A stretch of DNA of 64,000 nt from the NCBI GenBank assembly GCA_003707115.1, contig PPNB01000001.1, positions 620,001 through 684,000 on the forward strand. Direction: 5' to 3'. This stretch comes from Tortispora ganteri. Taxonomy: Eukaryota. Positions within the stretch are counted from its first letter, which is position 1, and the number at the start of each line of letters is the position of its first letter. The translations under genes were made by a program, and so were the position numbers. Shown here in pieces: positions 9,788 to 18,929 of the stretch. Below the pieces are notes generated by a model, which was given only the letters and a program-made list of their open reading frames with translations, was not told where the DNA came from and made no database searches.

Positions 9788-12679
9788 ATGACTGCTTCTC
9801 GTTCGATAGCCAGAAAGGCCGCTGAAAATCTTGACACTATAGCCAACGATTTGCCTTGCCGCCCGGAATCCGCAGAGACCATAGCAAACATGTCTAGTAT
9901 GGGCATACCTATTATACAGACTGCTACGAACTCCGATGACGAGTACTGTCCCCGTCCTAGTCCGCTCCGCAGTCAGAACATCTACGAAAAAGTTTGTGAT
10001 GACTGCAGCTCGATCTCTGTGTGTTCGGGCAGTGTCATCAACGACTTTGGCTCCGTAGGCTCTCATGAAGCTCGTAAATCTTTCTCAAATTGTCCATCTC
10101 ATCCACTTGGCTCTGGCTCTGGCACTGGCTCTGATTTTGACTCTGGATCTCCCCCTAATTATCGAAGCGACCACGCAGATTCGGTCCGGAGACAGGGATT
10201 TGTTACTCCTCACCACTCTGTAACTGCAAATTCCAGTCTGTCTTCTATTGAGTGGGATCTACATGATGCATCTGGTGACTGTGCTAGTTCGGCTGCTGCT
10301 ACAGCCGGTACTACTCCGTGTCTCGACACCAAACCTGTCTCTCGACTTGCACCTCAGGCATACAATCATTACAACTCTAAGAATCATCGTGGTAACACCA
10401 CTCCTTGTTCCGGAGAATCTCTGTCCTCTCTAAATCAGAACTCAACCCCATTTTCGGTTTTGAATGGCAAAACGACACCAATTCCAGACCTACATACGTA
10501 TGACTCCCGGTTTGCAGATAAGGAACAAAGTCAAGTTAGTGAACCTTTGCGCAGAATGCCAAACGTGGAACAGCCTTTACACGAAGACGTATCCGCCTCA
10601 CAATGCATCTCATCTGTGGCTAAAACTCACTTTAGTAGACCAAGCAATGAAGCTTCGAGTTCCGGGTTCTTGTCCTATTTTGTTGCAAATAGGAGTCCTC
10701 CAAAACTTACAGGGTCTGTGAGCGAGTCGGTAAATTCTGGGTCCCAGAATTACGGTCATGAATCGGTCCACGAGAAATCTGCTAGATTCAGACCGCTTCC
10801 AGAGAGGAGTTTGAACGAACGCGCTACTCTGAATGGATCTGAGAGTACCAATATGTCGCTACTGAAACCGTTAGCTGTTGCCAATATCAGAACTCCTCAC
10901 TACGAAGACCAATCTATCTTAAACACCACTATATCAGCGATACCTACACGAGGACCGCCTCCTGCGTTACCTGCCCGAAATGAAGACTATCATAGGTCTG
11001 TACGAAATTTAGCCAAATATGCTTTTCTATCCTCAGCCATGAACGTCGGCGATTTGGATTCTTGCGCGAAAAGTACGTCTGCTCATGAAGTGAAAGTTAG
11101 CAGCTCAAGTTCGCGTCTCCGGTTGAGTAAACCCGACTATGAGATTTTTAACAGGAGAACTGGACAGAGCGATATCACGTCTACCTCTAATGCTCGAACA
11201 AATCGAAATTCCGAAAATTCAACGTATAGAAGCCCTGACGCATCGCAAGCTGCCTCCTCCTCCACTTACGATCCTTCCGTTTACGGGAAGCTTTCCATGA
11301 AATACTCTAATCAATTGCAGTTACAATCTGGTAAATTCATCCGTGAAACTGAATTAGGCTTATCTAGCTGTCCCTCTCAACAAGTCTCAAGAAATCACGA
11401 GAACCGGTATGAGATAGACATGGAAAGCCCAGGAGAACTTATGAATGGTTTTGAAACTAACACTTTGGATTTGGACTTCTCGATCTCGGAAAGCTCTGTC
11501 GTTAAGAAGCCGCAAAGTTTTGATCAAGTGACATTTCCTGTGCATGATTATATAAACCATTACAAATGGGGACAATTTTTTTATGAAGGAAATTCGGAAG
11601 AAATGGTACTCGCCAAAGATAAGTCCACTAAGCAGAAGTTTATGGTTAAGATTCTTGGAAGAAAGAAAGAACTGTCAAAGCCTCTTTCACGTCAGATACT
11701 GCTTAATGAGCGCCGCATATTGGTGAAACTTCACGAAGAGCAAGCCTCTTGGGCTATAAGTCTTACTAAATGCTTTGCTGCGGGTCTTCTATTCTGCTTT
11801 GTATTTGAACACGAGAACAGCGGGACTCTGTTTGATCTCTATCAGTTATTTGCTGATAGTAAGGCATTTATCTCTGAGCAGGACTTGAAATTCATTGCTA
11901 TCGAAATGATCTTGGCGCTTGAGGAGATTCACAGTCTAGGTATTCTTCACCGAGACGTCAGACTTTCCAACTTTTTCATCTCTCGTCGTGGTCACATTAA
12001 GATTGCGAACTTTGGCTTAGCATATACCACTCGCAATTTCTTTCATAGCAGTTGTGATTTGGAGGGACCTAAAGAAACCGTAACTGGAATTGTTGGTACA
12101 GTAGGGTATCAGGCCCCGGAGATGTTAGTCGGTGGCACTTATGATGGACGAGCTGACTATTGGTCTGCGGCGATTTGTCTTTACATGCTTCGCTATCATA
12201 CCAACCCTATTGTTTCAAGCACCGCAATGAACCACTCAGTTACATTGGTGCCTAGTCACACAGTGATACGAGACACGCTGTGCTTTGCGGCTCAAGCTGA
12301 TAAAGAAAGCTATTTTCATTTTTCTTCTACGCTAGAACGCAGTTTCTTCGAACAGGTTTTTTTGGAAAAGACATCTAGACTGGGTAGCAGCGCGTATAGC
12401 ATGTCCACTAATGGAAAGGATACAGAGACTCGCGGCCCAACTGTGCTAAATGACGCGTCCGAGTTCAAGTTGCATGACTGGTTCTCTGGTATGTCCTGGA
12501 TGCCGTTGCAGGATCAATTTCATGACTCGCCAATGTGCCTGACCATGCTGAAGATTAACGGAATCCCAGAATTCAAAAAGTCCAGTCGCTTACAGAAAGA
12601 GTTAAACAAAGCCTCAAAAAAGACTGACAACGCTTGTTTTGCCTCATATTTGCAAACTCTAACCTGGAGCGCTGTGTAA
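9788..12679 (+). CDS. AGC-like protein kinase-domain protein with a long disordered Ser-rich N-terminus; probable pseudokinase
   Basis: HRDVRLSN, GHIKIANFGLA, GTVGYQAPE, DYWS; DFG is NFG and the Gly-rich loop is degenerate. Confidence 0.75.
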   Translation: MTASRSIARKAAENLDTIANDLPCRPESAETIANMSSMGIPIIQTATNSDDEYCPRPSPLRSQNIYEKVCDDCSSISVCSGSVINDFGSVGSHEARKSFSNCPSHPLGSGSGTGSDFDSGSPPNYRSDHADSVRRQGFVTPHHSVTANSSLSSIEWDLHDASGDCASSAAATAGTTPCLDTKPVSRLAPQAYNHYNSKNHRGNTTPCSGESLSSLNQNSTPFSVLNGKTTPIPDLHTYDSRFADKEQSQVSEPLRRMPNVEQPLHEDVSASQCISSVAKTHFSRPSNEASSSGFLSYFVANRSPPKLTGSVSESVNSGSQNYGHESVHEKSARFRPLPERSLNERATLNGSESTNMSLLKPLAVANIRTPHYEDQSILNTTISAIPTRGPPPALPARNEDYHRSVRNLAKYAFLSSAMNVGDLDSCAKSTSAHEVKVSSSSSRLRLSKPDYEIFNRRTGQSDITSTSNARTNRNSENSTYRSPDASQAASSSTYDPSVYGKLSMKYSNQLQLQSGKFIRETELGLSSCPSQQVSRNHENRYEIDMESPGELMNGFETNTLDLDFSISESSVVKKPQSFDQVTFPVHDYINHYKWGQFFYEGNSEEMVLAKDKSTKQKFMVKILGRKKELSKPLSRQILLNERRILVKLHEEQASWAISLTKCFAAGLLFCFVFEHENSGTLFDLYQLFADSKAFISEQDLKFIAIEMILALEEIHSLGILHRDVRLSNFFISRRGHIKIANFGLAYTTRNFFHSSCDLEGPKETVTGIVGTVGYQAPEMLVGGTYDGRADYWSAAICLYMLRYHTNPIVSSTAMNHSVTLVPSHTVIRDTLCFAAQADKESYFHFSSTLERSFFEQVFLEKTSRLGSSAYSMSTNGKDTETRGPTVLNDASEFKLHDWFSGMSWMPLQDQFHDSPMCLTMLKINGIPEFKKSSRLQKELNKASKKTDNACFASYLQTLTWSAV

Positions 12680-12733
12680 TTATGAAAGTTAAGCTACAAT
12701 GATAATATTAATCATGCAGAAATTCGTACATTA

Positions 12734-14728
12734 TTAGTCCCATTCTCCGCCGCTGTCCTCATCGTCGCTCTTTGAAACCTTTGATTTTCTTTCACTGAGT
12801 GCAGCTGCTAAAGCACTCGCCAAGTTTGGTGCTCCACTTGGTGTATGCAAACCATTCGTCGACGCAGCAGCGGGGGTCGATCCGCTACTTTCAGCAAGAA
12901 TGACTGAAGGTTTATCAAGCTGGCTTTTGTCGATTGTCTTTAATGACTTGAGTCCACCTGCATTCCTAATAGATGCTAAAAGGTTGCTTCTGTCACCATC
13001 AATGGCAGGTAGTGGAGCATCTGGTGTTCCACTACCAGGCGGTGGCGGAGGTGGCGGAGGGGCTCCAGATCCCACACTCATTGGTGGAGGAGGTGGAGGA
13101 GGTGGAACAGAAGAACCCATGCTAGGAGGCGGTGGTGGCGGTGGAACAGAAGAACCCATGCTAGGAGGCGGTGGTGGCGGTGGAACGGTGGAATTTATCA
13201 TAGGAGGAGGTGGAGGAGGCGGAACAACTGAAGTTGCAGAAGTAGAAGAAACTCCTGGTGCAGTAGGGACAGCGTTCTGCGCAGGATATTGAGGAGGCGG
13301 TGGTGGTATGTATGCACTTTGCGTGGGATGAGACGGTGGAGGTGGCGGCACATAGGTATTGTGTACAGGAACAGAAGCAGGCTGCATCGCAGGTGGAGGC
13401 GGAACAGCTCTTTGTTGTAGGGGTTGCATAATATTCGAACGCTGTGGCGGTGGAGGCGGAACAGGCCTTGAGGTGTTGTCGGATCTGGAGGGAGGAGGGG
13501 GAGGAACTTTTCTATTGGGCAACTGAGGTGGTACTCTGCTTGCTGGAGGAGGAGGCACAGTACGTCCTGGTAGTAGAGAGCTTGCAGGCTGAACTGCAGC
13601 GTGTTGAACTTGAGTCCGAGGCGGTAACTGGACTGATGGAGGGGGCGGGTGCATTGCAGCTGTTGCTGGAGGGCTTGTTGTTGGGGGTGCTGCCAACGGA
13701 GGTGGAACATTAAAAGTTCTTTGTTTAGGAGGCTGTATAGAGGGAGATTCACTTGTAGGTGGTGTTGGCGTACCTTTAGAAACATTATTATCAGTGAGAT
13801 CAAGAGAAGAGGAATCTGGAGTTAATTTGACAGGAGACTCAGGATCCTCTGTAGTAGCCGAATGATGTTTTCTGTTTCTGAATAGCTTTATACTAGAAAA
13901 TTTACCCTTATGAGAAGACTCTGAGTCGGAGATGGATGCTGTTTCAGCGTCGTGCGAGTGATGAGATGGAGGTGCGGCGGGAGGAGCTGGTGGGGCAGGT
14001 GGAGGAGGTTTCGCCTTACGCAGAGAATCTGAGTATTGTCTAGTAAAAGAGTTCCCTATGGAGTGCGCCCTTGATGGAATTGGAACTTCCTGGCCCGCAA
14101 GTGGGCTGCCTGACTGCTGGAGATAATCTTTTATGAAATCGACATTGTCAGCGATCATATCTTGAGATATTCCCATTTCCTCGAGCTGAGTAAATAAACG
14201 GCGCCATTCTGGATCTATTTCGCCAGAATCGACGGATTTCACTTTCTGTTGACGGTCTCTGATAGAGCCTAATCCTCTTGGGCCGATTTGAGGCTCGTCC
14301 GATGAGGGCAAAGGTATAGCATTCTTGTTAAATAAAGTAGCTTTTGACGCGTACTTCGCGCGATTAGTTACACGCTTGTAAAAATGTGCTGCATCTGATT
14401 CATCAGTAAACGATAAACCGGCGTAGCAGTTCTCTAGCTCGAATGAGTGGAAAAATGAGCGGTCCTGGTTGTACTGGAAGTCGATGTAAAGCTCCTGGTC
14501 CCAAAGAACACCTCTGTTTCCGGAGATGTCTACTAGTTTGAGGAAGAAAGTGTGGCCGACGATGTCGTCGACAATCGCAACAGCGCCTGACAGACCTGTG
14601 TAGGTCCATTTGTCTGGCTCTGGGTATGCGATATAGAGGCGAGCGACGGCAACATCCAGGATCTTGTTGGACGATTTAGGGACGGCTCGCTTCACCTTGT
14701 CTTTGTCCTGGCTAGGTAAAGAGGGCAT
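12734..14728 (-). CDS. LAS17: WASP homologue (WH1, polyproline, WH2, acidic tail)
   Basis: WH1 domain (AVARLYIAYP...WDQELY), Pro-rich middle, WH2 (RSNLLASIRNAGGLKSLK), C-terminal DDEDSGGEWD. Confidence 0.93.
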   Translation of the reverse strand: MPSLPSQDKDKVKRAVPKSSNKILDVAVARLYIAYPEPDKWTYTGLSGAVAIVDDIVGHTFFLKLVDISGNRGVLWDQELYIDFQYNQDRSFFHSFELENCYAGLSFTDESDAAHFYKRVTNRAKYASKATLFNKNAIPLPSSDEPQIGPRGLGSIRDRQQKVKSVDSGEIDPEWRRLFTQLEEMGISQDMIADNVDFIKDYLQQSGSPLAGQEVPIPSRAHSIGNSFTRQYSDSLRKAKPPPPAPPAPPAAPPSHHSHDAETASISDSESSHKGKFSSIKLFRNRKHHSATTEDPESPVKLTPDSSSLDLTDNNVSKGTPTPPTSESPSIQPPKQRTFNVPPPLAAPPTTSPPATAAMHPPPPSVQLPPRTQVQHAAVQPASSLLPGRTVPPPPASRVPPQLPNRKVPPPPPSRSDNTSRPVPPPPPQRSNIMQPLQQRAVPPPPAMQPASVPVHNTYVPPPPPSHPTQSAYIPPPPPQYPAQNAVPTAPGVSSTSATSVVPPPPPPPMINSTVPPPPPPPSMGSSVPPPPPPPSMGSSVPPPPPPPPMSVGSGAPPPPPPPPGSGTPDAPLPAIDGDRSNLLASIRNAGGLKSLKTIDKSQLDKPSVILAESSGSTPAAASTNGLHTPSGAPNLASALAAALSERKSKVSKSDDEDSGGEWD
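13101..13186. repeat. Perfect 39-bp tandem duplication inside the LAS17 polyproline region
   Basis: GGTGGAACAGAAGAACCCATGCTAGGAGGCGGTGGTGGC occurs at 13101-13139 and 13140-13178, plus a partial third copy. Confidence 0.9.
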
Positions 14729-15016
14729 GAGTGTCTGAGCAGCAAAAATAGTTGAGCAAGATCAGTAAAAACAATGCAAAAGTAAGAAAGGTCAATGGCC
14801 AAAAAGGCAAAAGAATAAGTCAATTGTGGAGGATAATACTGCCCTCAGCCTCGGGGGTGACGAATGTGAATATAAGAAATCCCGTCCTTAGGTGCAGAAG
14901 ATGGGGGAGTTTAAGGGTTAAGGGTTTAAGACAATGCTGTTTCCTAATATAGCAGAACTATTGATTTCTGCATCTGCTTTCCATCTGTTACTAGAAGTAG
15001 TCAACCAGTAGAAACT

Positions 15017-15688
15017 ATGAGCCTTTCAAGTGTGAAGATTGCATCACGTTCCACGCATAAGTACACAGTTATATTCCTGCATGGGCTTGGCGATTCAGGC
15101 GCGGGTTGGTCCTTCCTTGCAGATGAATGCAAGCGACTTAACGAATTCAACAACGTGAAGTTCGTGTTTCCTAACGCGCCTGTTATACCCATCACATGTA
15201 ATGGAGGCATTCCTATGCCTGGCTGGTATGATATTTATGATTTCGGAAGTCTGTCGCAGCGATTGGATGCGTCGGGCATGGAATCGAGCGTGAAAAAGAT
15301 TGAACAACTGCTCGAAGACGAAGCGAAAGAGGTTGGATCGTCGAGCATCATTCTTGGAGGTTTTTCACAAGGTTGTGCTGTATCGCTTTTGACTGCATTG
15401 ACAACGAAACATAAACTGGCCGGAATTGTAGGTCTGTCCGGATACTTACCACCCTTAAAGTACCTAGATGATAACGTTAAGGACGTGAACAAGGACACGC
15501 CTGTGTTTATCGGGCACGGTACCAGTGACCCAGTTGTTCCATTTGAACAGAGTAAAGTCACAGAGACGAAGCTAAAGGGGCTTGGGTTCCAGTGCGATCG
15601 TCACGAATACCCCGGTGTAGTTCATAGCTGCAGTCCAGATGAGTTCCAGGACTTGCTGGGATTCATGAGACGGGTATTAGGACTGTAA
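15017..15688 (+). CDS. Acyl-protein thioesterase / lysophospholipase (APT1 family)
   Basis: FLHGLGDSG, MPGWYDI, GGFSQG nucleophile elbow, HGTSDPVV, catalytic His. Confidence 0.92.
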   Translation: MSLSSVKIASRSTHKYTVIFLHGLGDSGAGWSFLADECKRLNEFNNVKFVFPNAPVIPITCNGGIPMPGWYDIYDFGSLSQRLDASGMESSVKKIEQLLEDEAKEVGSSSIILGGFSQGCAVSLLTALTTKHKLAGIVGLSGYLPPLKYLDDNVKDVNKDTPVFIGHGTSDPVVPFEQSKVTETKLKGLGFQCDRHEYPGVVHSCSPDEFQDLLGFMRRVLGL

Positions 15689-15758
15689 AAGATATGTATT
15701 GCTAAGATTATATGCTTACTATGGTGCTCGTAGAAATGCTGTTAGATCGAAATGCGCA

Positions 15759-16073
15759 TCAATCGCTGTCGCTCTCCTTGAACGACTGCGTTTTCCTTCT
15801 GCGCTTCAGACAACGCTCTAAGTGTGAAGCAAATCGTGAGCCTGCAACACTCCTCCCGCAATTCGCACAGTCAAAGTAAGGCGATTCGGTCTGCTTTTTG
15901 TTTCCGTAGATGTCCACACCTGGTTTGTTAAGGAATACGACTTCGGTATCGTCTTGAATCAGCTGACAGATAGATTCATCTCTGCTGAAACTCAACTCTT
16001 CAAGAATAATTCGATGACTTATATTGTTTATCAGTTCCTTAGCAATGTCCGCGCTTAGTTCTTGGATATTCAT
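15759..16073 (-). CDS. SGF11: SAGA deubiquitination module zinc-finger subunit
   Basis: DIYG...YFDCANCGRSVAGSRFASHLERCL Sgf11-type zinc finger. Confidence 0.88.
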   Translation of the reverse strand: MNIQELSADIAKELINNISHRIILEELSFSRDESICQLIQDDTEVVFLNKPGVDIYGNKKQTESPYFDCANCGRSVAGSRFASHLERCLKRRRKTQSFKESDSD

Positions 16074-16220
16074 TCGTTAGTTTTGGCAGCCTTGCACAAC
16101 GTGTTTGGCGCAGTCTCGGTATTTCGAGTATATTACAAACTTACGTTACCCGGCTTTGTACTGAATCTTACAAACCTGGATTAATAGTTCCAATCACAAC
16201 TTCAACCTCCCCCATTTGCT

Positions 16221-17780
16221 ATGGAAGAATACGACGTAATCATATACGGAACCGACCTGGTCCAATCAATAGTCGGTGCCGCTCTATCATGGCAAGGCGT
16301 TTCGGTTTTGCATGTTGATAAATCTCCCTACTATGGTGGAGCGTCCGCCACATTGTCTCTGACCGAAATCAAACAGTGGGTAGAGTCCAACAACAGCGAT
16401 CCTTCTTCGCCCTTCGACGATGTAAAGCTATATGTGTCCCGGAATATCGATACCTCAAAATATTCCATCGATATATCTCCTCGCATAATTTTTTCTGCTT
16501 CCGACTTTATTGACCTGCTCCGCGCTTCGAGGGTATATAGGTACCTCACTATCAAGCCGCTGACTATGTTCCACACTTACAAGGAAGATTTCTTCGACAA
16601 ATTAGCCTCCAGCAAGGAAGACATTTTCACCGATCAGTCCATCACCGTTCAAACAAAACGTGCGCTACTCAAGTTCATGCGATTTGTACTGAACTACCAA
16701 TCGGAATCGTCGCTCCCTATATGGACAGACTTTAAGAATCGACCCATCGCCGAATTTCTTCAAACGAAATTCAAAATAGATCCTATATACTCCAACGAGC
16801 TCGTCTACACGCTAGGTCTTTGCCCTTCATTGTCCACCCCGACTTCTGTCGGCCTTCACCGCATCCAGAAGTATCTCACTAGCATGGGCGTATTCGGCTC
16901 TTTCCCCGCAATGTTTTCACTTCACGGCGGCCCGGGCGAAATTGCCCAGGGTTTCTGCCGCTCAGGCGCTGTAGGTGGGGCCGTGTACCGCTTACATTCG
17001 GATGTATCTTCTGTAGATCCTGATACGCAGTCGATCGTCTTAGACGATGGCACGTCTGTCAAATACCGCGAGAAGCTGGTCATTCCTTCTCAGCAGCAAG
17101 GATCCCGAGAAGTGCGGCGACTAGTCGCCATTGTTTCTAACGATTGCAAGCCCTGGTTTGGCGAAGGCGAGTCTGCAGCAGTGGTGGTGTTCCCACCCGG
17201 TACTCTTGAAGGTAACGAGATCGCCGTGCAGTGCTTAATTTTTGGTGCCGAGTCACAACAGTGTCAACGTGGGCAGTCTGTTTGGTACTTGTCTACCACG
17301 GAAAAGGGCGCAAAAGGAAAGAAAGAACTGGAGCTCGCGTTAGAAAAGCTGGAAAACGCTATACTGCGGGAGTCTACGGAAGACTTCGATATTGCGGTAA
17401 GCGAAGAAGATGTTATTATAAGAAACGGTACGCCTCTGATTTCGTCTATCAAACTGGGCCAGAGCTTGAAGGACTTCGTTCCGAGAGAGAAATTGCAATA
17501 TTTGGCCAAACTGCAATATGTGCAGCACGAGACTATTGCGAACCCAGTTGCCGATAATGTTATACCAATTGGAAGTTCTGCATTTGACATTACCTACGAC
17601 GGCATTGTTGAGCAAGCCAAGAAGATATTTTCGCAGATCACTGGGTCCGATGACGATTTCTTCAATGTCGATTTCGAAGACGAGGACGAAGAAGACATTG
17701 GCGAAATGAAACAGTCAGGTTCCAATAGTAACAGCAATTCTGAGCCGGAACTCACATTTGGAGATGCTATGGAAGTTTAA
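16221..17780 (+). CDS. MRS6: Rab escort protein (Rab geranylgeranyltransferase component A)
   Basis: GDI/REP fold motifs (YDVIIYGT, LHVDKSPYYGG, GEIAQGFCRSGAVGGAVYRL); acidic C-terminus ending FGDAMEV. Confidence 0.9.
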   Translation: MEEYDVIIYGTDLVQSIVGAALSWQGVSVLHVDKSPYYGGASATLSLTEIKQWVESNNSDPSSPFDDVKLYVSRNIDTSKYSIDISPRIIFSASDFIDLLRASRVYRYLTIKPLTMFHTYKEDFFDKLASSKEDIFTDQSITVQTKRALLKFMRFVLNYQSESSLPIWTDFKNRPIAEFLQTKFKIDPIYSNELVYTLGLCPSLSTPTSVGLHRIQKYLTSMGVFGSFPAMFSLHGGPGEIAQGFCRSGAVGGAVYRLHSDVSSVDPDTQSIVLDDGTSVKYREKLVIPSQQQGSREVRRLVAIVSNDCKPWFGEGESAAVVVFPPGTLEGNEIAVQCLIFGAESQQCQRGQSVWYLSTTEKGAKGKKELELALEKLENAILRESTEDFDIAVSEEDVIIRNGTPLISSIKLGQSLKDFVPREKLQYLAKLQYVQHETIANPVADNVIPIGSSAFDITYDGIVEQAKKIFSQITGSDDDFFNVDFEDEDEEDIGEMKQSGSNSNSNSEPELTFGDAMEV

Positions 17781-17872
17781 GAATGAGACGTTTAGAAAAA
17801 ACTGAGTTGACGGGGGGTATGTAGCGTAGATATTAACTGTGTCTCTGTGGATGCAGTTATTTAGAGAAGAAA

Positions 17873-18796
17873 TTAGGTCAGTTCTTTTATCCACTTATCA
17901 ACTTGGTCGAGATTATCCTTGGATATTGCTATATTCCTTTCGAGAAGGGCTTTGAGGTCATTGAATTGTTGCTGCCACTGGGCTATGTCATCTAAGACAG
18001 CGGAAGTTCTTGTATCAATTGCCGTAACTATGTTCATAGAATTCAACGCTTCAGTTTGCAGTAATTGTATAGACTGCAGTCTGTCAACGATCACCGGAAG
18101 TAGAGCGTCCATCGACTTCAAGGAAGGAAGATATTTGTACAATTCATTAATTTGGTGATCAAATGAAGGGCGATCTTCATCAACTGAGTTCATCAATGAT
18201 ATGAACTTCTTAACTTCTTGAGCTTTTGAGGCCCATTCTGTGTCTGATATATTAAGAAGATCGAGTTTCTTTTCAAGATCGTGCGTTATAGATAGGATGG
18301 GCAACTCTGTGTTGTTGACAACACCAATTTTGGCTTCCAGTTCTGATATCTTTGCATCCAATGACTCGATCACTTTTGCATCAAATAGTACCGACGGAAT
18401 ATTAATTTTAATAGATTCACTGTCTTCAGGTTTTAACTCCTCCAGCTGTAGTCTAAGATTGGCAGTCTGCTTCTCAACGTGCAATACTTTCATGGGATTC
18501 AGTAACCCGTTGATCTCATCAATATCCCCTCTTATATCTTCTATATCATAGTCATTATCTTCAATTGAAGCTTTTATTTCGTACATCTCTTCCTTTATTC
18601 TTTTGACGCGTTCTTTGAGCGTCTCCGACCGCGCTTCGAAGATATCCTGCGCGGCATTTATTCCCACAACGCTCTCGGCATGGATGTCCTTGCTGGTATG
18701 CACATCCGTAGCCTCTTTCGCATAGCTAATTTCAACGTTAGGTGTCTCGTACACGCTCGGAGAATCATCAAGATCCAGCCAACTCGGTGCACTCAT
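17873..18796 (-). CDS. Dynactin subunit 2 (dynamitin/p50)-like
   Basis: N-terminal LDDSPSVYETP motif, ETLKERVKRIKEEM, coiled coils, LPVIVDRLQSI; ATG at 18796. Confidence 0.8.
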   Translation of the reverse strand: MSAPSWLDLDDSPSVYETPNVEISYAKEATDVHTSKDIHAESVVGINAAQDIFEARSETLKERVKRIKEEMYEIKASIEDNDYDIEDIRGDIDEINGLLNPMKVLHVEKQTANLRLQLEELKPEDSESIKINIPSVLFDAKVIESLDAKISELEAKIGVVNNTELPILSITHDLEKKLDLLNISDTEWASKAQEVKKFISLMNSVDEDRPSFDHQINELYKYLPSLKSMDALLPVIVDRLQSIQLLQTEALNSMNIVTAIDTRTSAVLDDIAQWQQQFNDLKALLERNIAISKDNLDQVDKWIKELT

Positions 18797-18929
18797 TTTA
18801 TTCGAAATTATAACACGCCCTAAAGGGTCTTCTTGACTAAGGTCCTGGGATGAAAAAACGTTGGTCCTCCCAATACGCATTTTCCACCTTCTGCACCTTT
18901 TACCTTCATTGTTTACTTTCACCTACACC

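Noticed and set aside
12900..13803. Gly-rich and other alternative ORFs over LAS17
   Set aside because: Antisense or frame shadows of the polyproline codons
14911..14930. TTAAGGGTTAAGGG telomere-like repeat
   Set aside because: Only two units, in a divergent promoter; more likely a Tbf1-like site or chance than an interstitial telomere
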